Shown piece by piece: positions 7,480 to 14,679 of a DNA stretch of 63,120 bases (the stretch's first letter is position 1; each line of letters opens with the position of its first letter). Both the position numbers and the translations under genes were made by a program. Location of the stretch: NCBI GenBank assembly GCA_964500825.1, contig CAZCQN010000001.1, positions 1 through 63,120 of the forward strand. Reading direction: 5' to 3'. The DNA comes from an uncultured Verrucomicrobiota bacterium (GTDB lineage Bacteria > Auribacterota > JABMQX01 > JAFGEW01). A model generated the notes under the pieces. It saw only the letters and a list, made by a program, of their open reading frames with translations, searched no databases and was not told the origin of the DNA.

Positions 7480-9871
7480 GTTGCTTTCCCTTCTTGCTCG
7501 CTGTGTGTCCTCGCTGCTCGTGCGCTGCCTTCTCGGTGGTCGGGAGCCACGATGTGCCGTCAACAGCCGTCCTGATAAGCTCCATTGGATCGAGGATCAT
7601 GATGATCCGGCCATCACCCATGATCGAGGCGCCGCCCAGCCCCTTGATCGACGCGAGGCACTTGTCGAGCGGCTTGATCACGATCTCCTCCTGATCGTAC
7701 AGTTCGTCGATGATCACACCGACCCGCTCGCCCCCGGCAGACAGAATCGCCACGGGCAGCTCCGTCCGCTGGCCGTTGCCTTTGTTTTGGAGATGCAGCA
7801 GATCGGTCAGGTGCACTAGACCGATTGTCTCGCCTCGGAGCAGGAACGCCTCGCGGCCCTGCAGTTGCCGAATCTGCTCGCGGGTGACGCAGATCGTCTC
7901 GTCCACGGCATCGAGCGGCACGGCGAAGTCCTGCCCACCGGCACCCACGAGCAGCGCCTCGACGATCACCAGCGTCAGCGGCAGCTCGATGCGTATCATG
8001 GTGCCCTTGCCGACCTCGCTGGTGATGTTGATCGCGCCCTTGAGCTTCGAGATGTTGGTGTGCACCACGTCCATGCCGACCCCGCGGCCCGACACATCAG
8101 TGACCTGTTCTGCCGTGCTGAAGCCGGGCCGGCAGATCAGCTTGATCAGCTCGGGCTCCGCCAAGCGCTCAGCCTCGTCCGGAGTGATGATGCCCTTCTC
8201 GATCGCCTTGCGTTTGACCTTGTTTGGATCGATGCCCCCGCCGTCGTCGGCGATCTCGATCACGATGGAGTTGCCCTCGTGGGCTGCGCGCAGGGTGATC
8301 GTGCCGGTCTCATCCTTGCCCGCCGCACGACGCGTGTCGGGAGTCTCGATGCCGTGGTCGGCGCAGTTGCGCATGATGTGCACGAGAGGGTCGGTCAGAT
8401 CTTCGGCGATCCCCTTATCAAGCCCGGTGTCCTCGCCGTAGACGACGAGCCGGATCTTCTTGCCGTTTTTCCTCGTCAAGTCGCGCACGAGCCTCGGGAA
8501 ACGCGAGAACACCATGCGAACCGGCACCATGCGCATGTTCATCACATTGGTCTGGAGCTCGTCCGAGATCCGGTTGATCGAAAAGACGCCGGATTCAAGC
8601 TCTTGCAGTATCTCGTCGCTGAAGCCGTCGCCCCGAACGCGCTTGGTGATGTGCGCGAACGTGTTCTTTGTGATGGTCAGCTCGCCGACCAGATTCATGA
8701 GGGCATCGAGTTTCTCCTGGTCGATGCGCATCGTCTTGATCGTCTGCATCTTCTGCTGTTCCGTTTCAGCCGGGGCCGGCCCACGCGTGGGTTCGACCGG
8801 CTCGGCCGACGGCTCCCCAGGCGTGGCGACTGCCTCGGACTGCGCAGGGGACGCCGGCATGGTCTTGTTTGGCTCGGGCGTTTCGGCCGCGGGCGTTTCG
8901 GCCGCGGGCGCCGGTTCGGGCTCTCTGCCGGGCTCGAGCCGCTCAAGCTCGGCGACGATCGCGCCGAGATGCTCGCCGAGCGTGTCGATCAGTTCCGTTT
9001 CGAAGCGCCGCTCACCGCTGCTGACGGCCTCGAGAAGCTCGGCGCTCCGTTCGGCCGCCTGGGCAATGGGGCGGTTGCCGACGAAGGTGGCGGCCGTCTT
9101 GAGCGATGTAGCGGCCCGCAAGCAGGCCTCGAGCACTTTGCCGCCCTGCTCGCCGGCGAGAATCTTGCCGAGGCATGCCTGCATCGCGCCCAGGTGCTGC
9201 TCGCCCGAGGAGAGAAACACGGTCGTTGAGTCCATATCGGTCGCGGCCGCCTCGGTCGCGGCGGCCTCGGCGGGGGCCGGCCCAGGAACGGCCCGGGGGC
9301 CAAGCGCGGCCACCTGTGCCTGCAGCCGTTCGACGAGCCCGGCATCGACCGGCGGCTCGTCGGGCGCGGCGGCGCACGCCCTCTTGAGGTAGTCGGTGCT
9401 GGCGAACATCAGGTTGAGGATCGCATCGGTCAACGCCAGCGACTCGTCCTGGCGCAAGAGATCGAGCAGGCTCTCGTAGACGTGCGCGAAGTCCCGGATC
9501 CAACCCAGGGCGAGGTAGTCCGAGCTCCCCTTGATCGTATGCACCGCGCGGAAGATGTCGTTGATCAGATCATGGCGCTCGCGGTCCCGCTCGAACTCCA
9601 CAAGTGCCTGCTCGGAGGCGGCCAGGTTCTCTCTCGCTTCGATCTTGAACTCCTCGATGAGCTCGGGCGGGGTGCCGCCGAGGGCTTCGGCTGTGGCGGG
9701 CGGCGCGGAAGCCGATTCGGTTGCTCCCACGGCCAACAACCCATCGAGCTTGGCGACAACCTCGTCGTACTCAGCCCGCCCGCCGTCGACGAACTTGTCG
9801 ATCTGCGCGTCGGTGTCGGACGAGAGCCGATCGACGAGCTTCTTGAGCACATCGGTTCCGCTGACCAACAC
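7472..9871 (-). CDS. cheA: Chemotaxis histidine kinase CheA, main ORF (Hpt, dimerisation, HATPase, CheW-like domains)
   Basis: 799 aa. FRAVHTIKGSSDYL (Hpt His), NLVGELTITKN (dimerisation), HIMRNCADHGIE, EIADDGGGID, SGRGVGMDVV (N/G1/G2 boxes). CheW-like C-terminus (LLVGAGGQDFAVPLDAVDE..GGASIMGDGRIIMILDP). Its stop overlaps the cheY' start (ATGCCTGA). Confidence 0.92.
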   Translation of the reverse strand: MLVSGTDVLKKLVDRLSSDTDAQIDKFVDGGRAEYDEVVAKLDGLLAVGATESASAPPATAEALGGTPPELIEEFKIEARENLAASEQALVEFERDRERHDLINDIFRAVHTIKGSSDYLALGWIRDFAHVYESLLDLLRQDESLALTDAILNLMFASTDYLKRACAAAPDEPPVDAGLVERLQAQVAALGPRAVPGPAPAEAAATEAAATDMDSTTVFLSSGEQHLGAMQACLGKILAGEQGGKVLEACLRAATSLKTAATFVGNRPIAQAAERSAELLEAVSSGERRFETELIDTLGEHLGAIVAELERLEPGREPEPAPAAETPAAETPEPNKTMPASPAQSEAVATPGEPSAEPVEPTRGPAPAETEQQKMQTIKTMRIDQEKLDALMNLVGELTITKNTFAHITKRVRGDGFSDEILQELESGVFSINRISDELQTNVMNMRMVPVRMVFSRFPRLVRDLTRKNGKKIRLVVYGEDTGLDKGIAEDLTDPLVHIMRNCADHGIETPDTRRAAGKDETGTITLRAAHEGNSIVIEIADDGGGIDPNKVKRKAIEKGIITPDEAERLAEPELIKLICRPGFSTAEQVTDVSGRGVGMDVVHTNISKLKGAINITSEVGKGTMIRIELPLTLVIVEALLVGAGGQDFAVPLDAVDETICVTREQIRQLQGREAFLLRGETIGLVHLTDLLHLQNKGNGQRTELPVAILSAGGERVGVIIDELYDQEEIVIKPLDKCLASIKGLGGASIMGDGRIIMILDPMELIRTAVDGTSWLPTTEKAAHEQRGHTASKKGKQHA

Positions 9872-9942
9872 GTCGATAATGGCCGGTGTGCCCTCGCGCT
9901 TCTCGCTGCGCAGCTCGTTGAGGATCGTCTCGAGCTTATGGC

Positions 9943-10152
9943 TCAGCTCGGAGATCTGCTCAAGATTGAAGAACCCCGCCGCGCCCTTGACGCTGTGGAT
10001 GGCGCGGAAGATCGTGTTGATGAGCTCAATGTCCGTCGGGCTTTTTCGTACTCGAGCAGCTGCTCTTCCGCCGCGTCCAGGTGCTCCTGTGACTCGGCGA
10101 TGAACTCGAGCAAGAGCGTTGGGTCATCGAACAACCCGGAATCGTCGTTCAT
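9943..10152 (-). CDS. cheA: 5' portion of cheA (extra N-terminal Hpt/P1 domain) separated from the main ORF by a 1-nt frame disruption
   Basis: ATG at 10152 gives MNDDSGLFDDPTLLLEFIAESQEHLDAAEEQLLEYEK, then nonsense. Shifting -1 at the A5 run (plus-strand T run 10042-10046) gives ..EYEKSPTDIELINTIFRAIHSVKGAAGFFNLEQISELSHKLETILNELRSEKREGTPAIIDVLVSGTDVLKK, which runs straight into the main ORF. Confidence 0.65.
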   Translation of the reverse strand: MNDDSGLFDDPTLLLEFIAESQEHLDAAEEQLLEYEKARRTLSSSTRSSAPSTASRARRGSSILSRSPS

Positions 10153-10203
10153 CACCGTGTGACCTCCAGCAGGCTCGGCGTGCACGTGCCGTTGCGTTAC
10201 TAC

Positions 10204-10386
10204 TCAAACGAGAGGGGGCCCCTCGCTTCCTTCCCCGAGCAACATCTGTACGTGCATCACAAGTTCGTGCGCTTTGGCGAGCGCCGCGATGACGTCGTCG
10301 CCTTTGCGCTCGACCAGGTCCTCGGCCGCGTAGCGGCGTTCCGTGGTGTCCGGAGACGACAGTTGCTCAAGCAGCTTGTCTTTCAT
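10204..10386 (-). CDS. Small hypothetical protein with one HEAT/PBS-lyase-like repeat
   Basis: 60-aa ORF between the STAS remnant and cheA. SPDTTERRYAAEDLVERKGDDVIAALAKA resembles a single HEAT-like repeat. Weak evidence. Confidence 0.35.
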   Translation of the reverse strand: MKDKLLEQLSSPDTTERRYAAEDLVERKGDDVIAALAKAHELVMHVQMLLGEGSEGPPLV

Positions 10387-10410
10387 TGTCCGGCCCTTTC
10401 ACGGCTCGAG

Positions 10411-10665
10411 TCAGCCGCTGACGTCGCGCGCCTCGTCACGAACCTGACCCTGCGTCCGACACACGCCGACGAGCGCATTGACCGCCTCGTTTTCGTCATC
10501 ATAGATCTGAATGATCCTCGTCATCTTGGTGACCTGCAGGATGCGTTTGAGCCGCTCGCTGGGACGCAGGATCACCAGCTCGGCGTTGTGCGTCTTGGCG
10601 CGCTTCTGCAACACGATGATGCTGCCGAGCACCGTGCTCGGTGCCCGCATGCCACGTGTCCACAC
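10411..10665 (-). pseudogene. STAS-domain (anti-sigma-factor-antagonist-like) gene, C-terminal half only; N-terminal half apparently frame-shifted
   Basis: The 84-aa ORF GMRAPSTVLGSIIVLQKRAKTHNAELVILRPSERLKRILQVTKMTRIIQIYDDENEAVNAL matches the STAS pattern from the DSSGLG-equivalent onward. A different frame just upstream reads ..THLVLVVEQRAVVDACVKRAPRREHADGDVVIEPCGHV, a plausible beta2-alpha1-beta3, and has no usable start. Confidence 0.45.
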
Positions 10666-11131
10666 GGCTCTATGACGACGTCACCGTCAGCGTGTTCACG
10701 GCGCGGCGCTCGTTTGACGCAAGCGTCGACCACAGCACGCTGCTCCACGACAAGAACCAGGTGTGTGTCTTCCCGTTCCAGTACCAGGGCCCGAAGCAGC
10801 GACCTGAGGCGGCCGACGGCGCCGGCCCGTCAGAAACGCTCGAGGAACCGGCCCCCGCAAAGCCAGACACGGCTGAGGACCCCCAGCCCGCTGCGCCGAG
10901 TCCCGCCGAAGCCTGATCCGCACGTGTCCAGGGCGACAAGACCCCCTTGAGCGCCTGTACTTGGCCCCCGCCCCGAGCGAGCCGCCCATGGTCCTGGTGA
11001 CAATCTGGCACCCGAACAAGTCGGAATCGCCCCCTCCGTTGGTACGCCCGAGCAATCACCTGATCCGCCGCCACGTGGTATCCTTCACCGCTGAGGCTGG
11101 GTCTTGTACGCGAACAGATCGTGGAGGCCTC

Positions 11132-13060
11132 GTGACGGAGCTCGAGTCATTGATCAAACGGACGCTCGCGGGCGAGCTCGAGGCGTTTGGGCTGATCGTC
11201 CGGCGGTTCCAGGACATGGCCTATGGGTACGCCTACTCGATCCTGGGCGACTTCCACCTCGCCCAGGACGCGGCGCAGGAGGCGTTCATCGACGCCTACC
11301 GCCGGCTCTCCGAGCTGCGCACGCCGGACGCGTTCCCGGGATGGCTGAGGCGAATCGTGTTCAAGCACTGCGACCGAATCACCCGGCGCAAACGGCCCAA
11401 GACGGTGCCCGTCGAGGCAGCGGCCGATGCCGCGTCCCGGCACGACGGGCCGGACCGCGCCGTCCAGCGGCGGGAGATTCGGGACACGGTGCTCGAGGCG
11501 ATCCGCGCGCTCCCGGAGCATCAGCGAGTGGCGACGACGTTGTTCTACGTCAACGGCTACACGCAGCAGGAGGTCGCTGACTTCCTCGAGGTGCCCGTCA
11601 CGACGGTGAAGAAGCGCCTCCACGACGCGCGAACGAAACTCAGAACGAGGATGATGGACATGGTCGACAAGACGCTCAAGGGCCACGCACTGCCCAGCAC
11701 GTTTGCGGACGTCGTCGTTCGCGAAGTGGCGTCGAAGAAGGACCTCGACGCCGCCACGAAGATCCTGGGCGATTCGTACCACGGCAAGCGCGCGCCCGAG
11801 ATGTTCCAAACCGTCGAGACCGCGCAGGAGGCCAGCATCTACGTCGTCGACGAGAAGGGCCGGACGGTGAGTGCCGGATTCTACGACCGGACGCGACTCG
11901 GCATCGGATGCACCGTCCTCGACGCGGTCCGGCCGCGCGAGCTGGCCAACGAAGGCGACGGCGTGCCCGATCCGGTCTTCGTCAAGAGCGTCCAGGGCTG
12001 CTTCGCGATGGCCAAGCAGAAGGGGCACGCGATCTCCGTGGTCCACGGCAGCATGTACGACCACGCCTTCTGCGGCTACGTGCCGTGCTTCTACTACCCG
12101 ATCGCCACGCTGCCCGTCCAGAAGGCGAAGGCTCTCCCGACGTCAGCCACGATCGTCGAAGCGAGCGACGAGGAAGCCGCTCAAGCACGCGAGGCCACCC
12201 TGCGCGATCCGTATGCGCCGAAGCTGACGGCCTACATCGGCGGCGGCGTGCCGCACGTTGTCAAGCAAGGTGGGGAAGTGGTGGGCTCCTTGCTCGTCAA
12301 TCGCGACTTCGATCCCGCCGAGCGCTACGGAATGCCGTTCGGCTTCACGTGCGACGTCACGGTGCGAACGCGCGAGGCCGCGCTCGCCGTGATCCGTCTC
12401 GCGGCCGAGCTCGCCGAGAAAGCGGGCCAAGACGAGGTCTGTCTCATGTACTCGCACATGACGCCCATCACGCAGGCGATCCTCGGCCTCGGCGGCGCCT
12501 ACACGCTGCGGCCGTCGTGCCCGGCCGTCGGCCTCGACGCCGAGATGGTCGCCGTCATCGACCTCGCGGCGCTCACCGAGCAGTTTCGCGACGAGTATCA
12601 GGCGCGGCTCGACACCTCGGCGTCGCACGGCCTCGACGCGGCGTTCTCGATCGAGATGGCGGGCGAGGCGGTCGGCTTCGTCGCGGAGGCCGGTAAGCTC
12701 GACGTGGTCGCGCACAAGCAGAAGGTCCACCGCGTCCTGCCTCGCTGGCTGGTGACGCGTCTCATCATGGGGTATCACTCCGGTCAGGACGCGCTCGCCA
12801 TGGGCCCGATCCCGTGCGACCGCAGGGACGCCATCACGCCCGACGACGCGAAGCTCGACATGAACCCGCTCGAGCTGCCCGAGCCCGAGGCGGCGCTCTT
12901 CGAGGCGCTCTTTCCGAAGATGTGGCCGTCGTCGCTGCCCGATCCCGACGTGTGGCCGTGGGTCATCGGCCAGGAGCATGCGCGCTACCGGAATGTGCCG
13001 CTGTCCGCGCAGATGAAGGCCGCGATCGATGCGCTCCGCTTCCCCTGGCTTGAATACTGA
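11132..13060 (+). CDS. ECF-type sigma-70 family factor fused to a ~470-aa C-terminal GNAT/Eis-like plus SCP2-like extension
   Basis: In-frame GTG at 11132 preceded by GGAGG (the track ORF starts at 10961). Region 2: FGLIVRRFQDMAYGYAYSILGDFHLAQDAAQEAFIDAYRRL..FPGWLRRIVFKHC. Region 4: LPEHQRVATTLFYVNGYTQQEVADFLEVPVTTVKKRLHDARTKLR. A long soluble extension follows (..HAISVVHGSMYDHAFCGYVPCFYY.., ..EMVAVIDLAALTEQF..LVTRLIMGYHSGQDALAMG). Confidence 0.8.
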   Translation: MTELESLIKRTLAGELEAFGLIVRRFQDMAYGYAYSILGDFHLAQDAAQEAFIDAYRRLSELRTPDAFPGWLRRIVFKHCDRITRRKRPKTVPVEAAADAASRHDGPDRAVQRREIRDTVLEAIRALPEHQRVATTLFYVNGYTQQEVADFLEVPVTTVKKRLHDARTKLRTRMMDMVDKTLKGHALPSTFADVVVREVASKKDLDAATKILGDSYHGKRAPEMFQTVETAQEASIYVVDEKGRTVSAGFYDRTRLGIGCTVLDAVRPRELANEGDGVPDPVFVKSVQGCFAMAKQKGHAISVVHGSMYDHAFCGYVPCFYYPIATLPVQKAKALPTSATIVEASDEEAAQAREATLRDPYAPKLTAYIGGGVPHVVKQGGEVVGSLLVNRDFDPAERYGMPFGFTCDVTVRTREAALAVIRLAAELAEKAGQDEVCLMYSHMTPITQAILGLGGAYTLRPSCPAVGLDAEMVAVIDLAALTEQFRDEYQARLDTSASHGLDAAFSIEMAGEAVGFVAEAGKLDVVAHKQKVHRVLPRWLVTRLIMGYHSGQDALAMGPIPCDRRDAITPDDAKLDMNPLELPEPEAALFEALFPKMWPSSLPDPDVWPWVIGQEHARYRNVPLSAQMKAAIDALRFPWLEY

Positions 13061-13067
13061 AGAAGAC

Positions 13068-13138
13068 CTCTCGCAGAGACGCAGAGCCCGCAGAGCGAAA
13101 CTGGATGCTTCTCTGCGAGCTCTGCGTCTCTGCGAGAG
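13068..13138. repeat. Nested palindrome built from heptamer CGCAGAG x3 / CTCTGCG x3
   Basis: 20-nt perfect inverted repeat CTCTCGCAGAGACGCAGAGC (13068-13087) / GCTCTGCGTCTCTGCGAGAG (13119-13138). The loop holds an inner 7-bp hairpin CGCAGAG..CTCTGCG. It starts 8 nt after the sigma-factor stop and has no U tract. Confidence 0.8.
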
Positions 13139-13174
13139 ATCACATCACCCCGTCGCGGCGAAGCCGCGGCTCCC

Positions 13175-13197
13175 CTTTGCGGCTTTGCGCCTTTGCG
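13175..13197 (+). repeat. Three direct CTTTGCG heptamers at 8-nt spacing
   Basis: CTTTGCGgCTTTGCGcCTTTGCG, preceded by the hairpin CGCGGC-GAA-GCCGCG (13155-13169). Confidence 0.75.
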
Positions 13198-13229
13198 TGA
13201 GGCACTCCCGGCGCTACACTCCCCTCAGC

Positions 13230-13260
13230 GCCGGGGTGGCGGAACGGCAGACGCTGGGGA
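13230..13260 (+). pseudogene. Duplicated 5' half of tRNA-Leu(UAA) (positions 1-31)
   Basis: GCCGGGGTGGCGGAACGGCAGACGCTGGGGA is identical over 31/31 nt to 13316-13346. It then diverges (TCTTTTGGGGTCTCGAC..) and has no T arm or 3' acceptor. Confidence 0.85.
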
Positions 13261-13315
13261 TCTTTTGGGGTCTCGACACTCGCAGCGTCACGGCGCTGTG
13301 CGCATCGTGGTCATT

Positions 13316-13398
13316 GCCGGGGTGGCGGAACGGCAGACGCTGGGGACTTAAAATCCCCTGGGCTTCGGCCCATGTGGGTTCGACCCCCACCCCCGGCA
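13316..13398 (+). tRNA. tRNA-Leu (anticodon UAA), type II, CCA not encoded
   Basis: Acceptor GCCGGGG/CCCCGGC, anticodon arm GGGGA-CTTAAAA-TCCCC, variable arm TGGGCTTCGGCCCA, T arm GTGGG-TTCGACC-CCCAC, discriminator A. Confidence 0.9.
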
Positions 13399-13800
13399 TT
13401 CTTCATTCCCAACCACTTACGACTCAGCCGCGCGCCGGTCTCGACGCCGGCAGAACGCTCTGGGGCCATCCTGGGGACACAGAAAGGCCAAAACAGACAA
13501 GAGAGGCGAAAGCGGGGCGAAGACAATGAACGCGATCTGGCGCCGGAATCCGTTCACCGCGAGGCACATGCGGCGGAAGGCCTTGCTGGCTGGTATACCG
13601 CCAAAGCAGCGCAGGGGACCTGAAGTCCCCTGCGCGACTCCGCGCAGACTCTCGTTCGGCCTGAGGCGTCCTTGCCGCTCGACCTCTTACGACTCAGATG
13701 CGCGTCCGCGCGAACGCCGTCAAAACGCTTTTGGGACATCCTGGTGACACAGACAGACAAAAGTCAGCCGCCGGTGCCGAAGCGTACCCCGCGGGTTTCG
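13399..13800 (+). repeat. tRNA-Leu trailer module, copy A (one full unit plus a partial second unit)
   Basis: M1 CACTTACGACTCA at 13415 and 13684. M2 CTGGGGCCATCCTGGGGACACA at 13460, degenerate TTTGGGACATCCTGGTGACACA at 13729. Conserved block GCGCCGGAATCCG..GCGAGGCACATGC. tRNA-like arm GGGGA-CCTGAAG-TCCCC plus hairpin TGCGCG-ACTC-CGCGCA at 13611-13646. Confidence 0.7.
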
Positions 13801-13878
13801 TCTTTCACAAGATCGGGCGCGAGGTGGTGCGGCGACGAGCGCTGAGAGGCCTGCCGCTTGGTGTGAGGCAGGATCTAG

Positions 13879-14223
13879 CTAACCGCCACGCCTTCCCAAC
13901 TCGGTTGTCCTGACTTCCTGCTCGATGGGCTCTTTGGCCGTGATCTCGACGACGATCTGTTCCGGCCCGGTCCTGGTCTCCGGGACGGCTGTGCGACCGT
14001 CGTCGTCCTCGCGGTAGGCAGTTGGGATGAGCTTGTACGTGCCGGGGAGCAGACCGTCCATCTCGAACGGCTCGTCGGCCTGGAATTCGACCCATCTTCC
14101 ATCGCCGCGCAGCGGGATTGGCGCTTCGTAACTGACAAGGAGTGAGATCGTGAGCTTCGAGGGATCTTCACAAGGCGGCATGGCAACCTTGCCCGGCACT
14201 GTGCCGGCGTCGGCCCGGTTCAC
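13879..14223 (-). CDS. Small carboxypeptidase-regulatory-like domain protein, probably the 3' part of a frame-disrupted gene whose TM anchor ORF is 14168-14323
   Basis: The 114-aa ORF ends ..DGLLPGTYKLIPTAYREDDDGRTAV..PEQIVVEITAKEPIEQEV, like the C-terminus of the 1196-aa protein. An upstream out-of-frame ORF from ATG 14323 (GGAG RBS) reads MDTPRTSIPYVGIVVVLAVAIAVMLIVRKTRQ. That resembles the 1196-aa N-terminus TRRRIPVIAVGFGIVFTLIVVIAIVLISSVNRQ. Confidence 0.5.
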   Translation of the reverse strand: MNRADAGTVPGKVAMPPCEDPSKLTISLLVSYEAPIPLRGDGRWVEFQADEPFEMDGLLPGTYKLIPTAYREDDDGRTAVPETRTGPEQIVVEITAKEPIEQEVRTTELGRRGG

Positions 14224-14373
14224 TGGCTTGCCGTGTCTTCCGCACGATGAGCATCACGGCTATCGCCACCGCGAGCACAACGACGATGCCGACGTATGGG
14301 ATGGAGGTCCTTGGCGTATCCATTTCACTCCGGCCGGGCCGAGGCGCTCAGCGCGTCCGTGTGCATGGCATTG

Positions 14374-14667
14374 TTAAACCTGAGTATTTCGCCGCTGGGC
14401 CGACTCTCTCCACACCTTAGCTCGTTTCCGTGATAGAAAGAGGCCATTGATCAGGGGCACACCAACGATCACACACACCATGATGAGCATCCTGATTAGG
14501 CTGCCAAGGACTGCCGGGTCCAAGTACACGACAAAGGCACAGACCCCGACGCAGATAATCAATGATGTCAGCACGATCTTCCGGACCGACCGTTGGGATC
14601 GAGCGGCCTTGATCTCGGTGTCATCCATTGTTCTATCCTTATGGTTTAACGTTTGAATTACCTGCAA
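14374..14667 (-). CDS. Small two-TM membrane protein, hypothetical
   Basis: 97-aa ORF. The likelier start is the internal ATG at 14628 (AAGGA RBS), giving MDDTEIK... Two hydrophobic helices (IVLTSLIICVGVCAFVVYL, MLIMVCVIVGVPLINGLFL). Visibly lower GC than the flanks. Confidence 0.5.
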   Translation of the reverse strand: MQVIQTLNHKDRTMDDTEIKAARSQRSVRKIVLTSLIICVGVCAFVVYLDPAVLGSLIRMLIMVCVIVGVPLINGLFLSRKRAKVWRESAQRRNTQV

Positions 14668-14679
14668 AAAATGGCCCAG

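Noticed and set aside
13175-13197. CRISPR-like arrays (short direct repeats here and at 56065-56116)
   Set aside because: The repeat units are 7-18 nt with no unique spacers of CRISPR size, and no cas genes are present.
13372-13623. Short ORFs running through the repeat modules (13372-13623, 31129-31317, 51124-51360) that share peptides such as PGD.LGTQ..QN and KSI.CRKPL
   Set aside because: Codon-by-codon comparison of copies B and C shows substitutions spread over first, second and third positions, with many radical replacements. Starts are not conserved. The ORFs simply follow the conserved DNA, so I treat the modules as non-coding.
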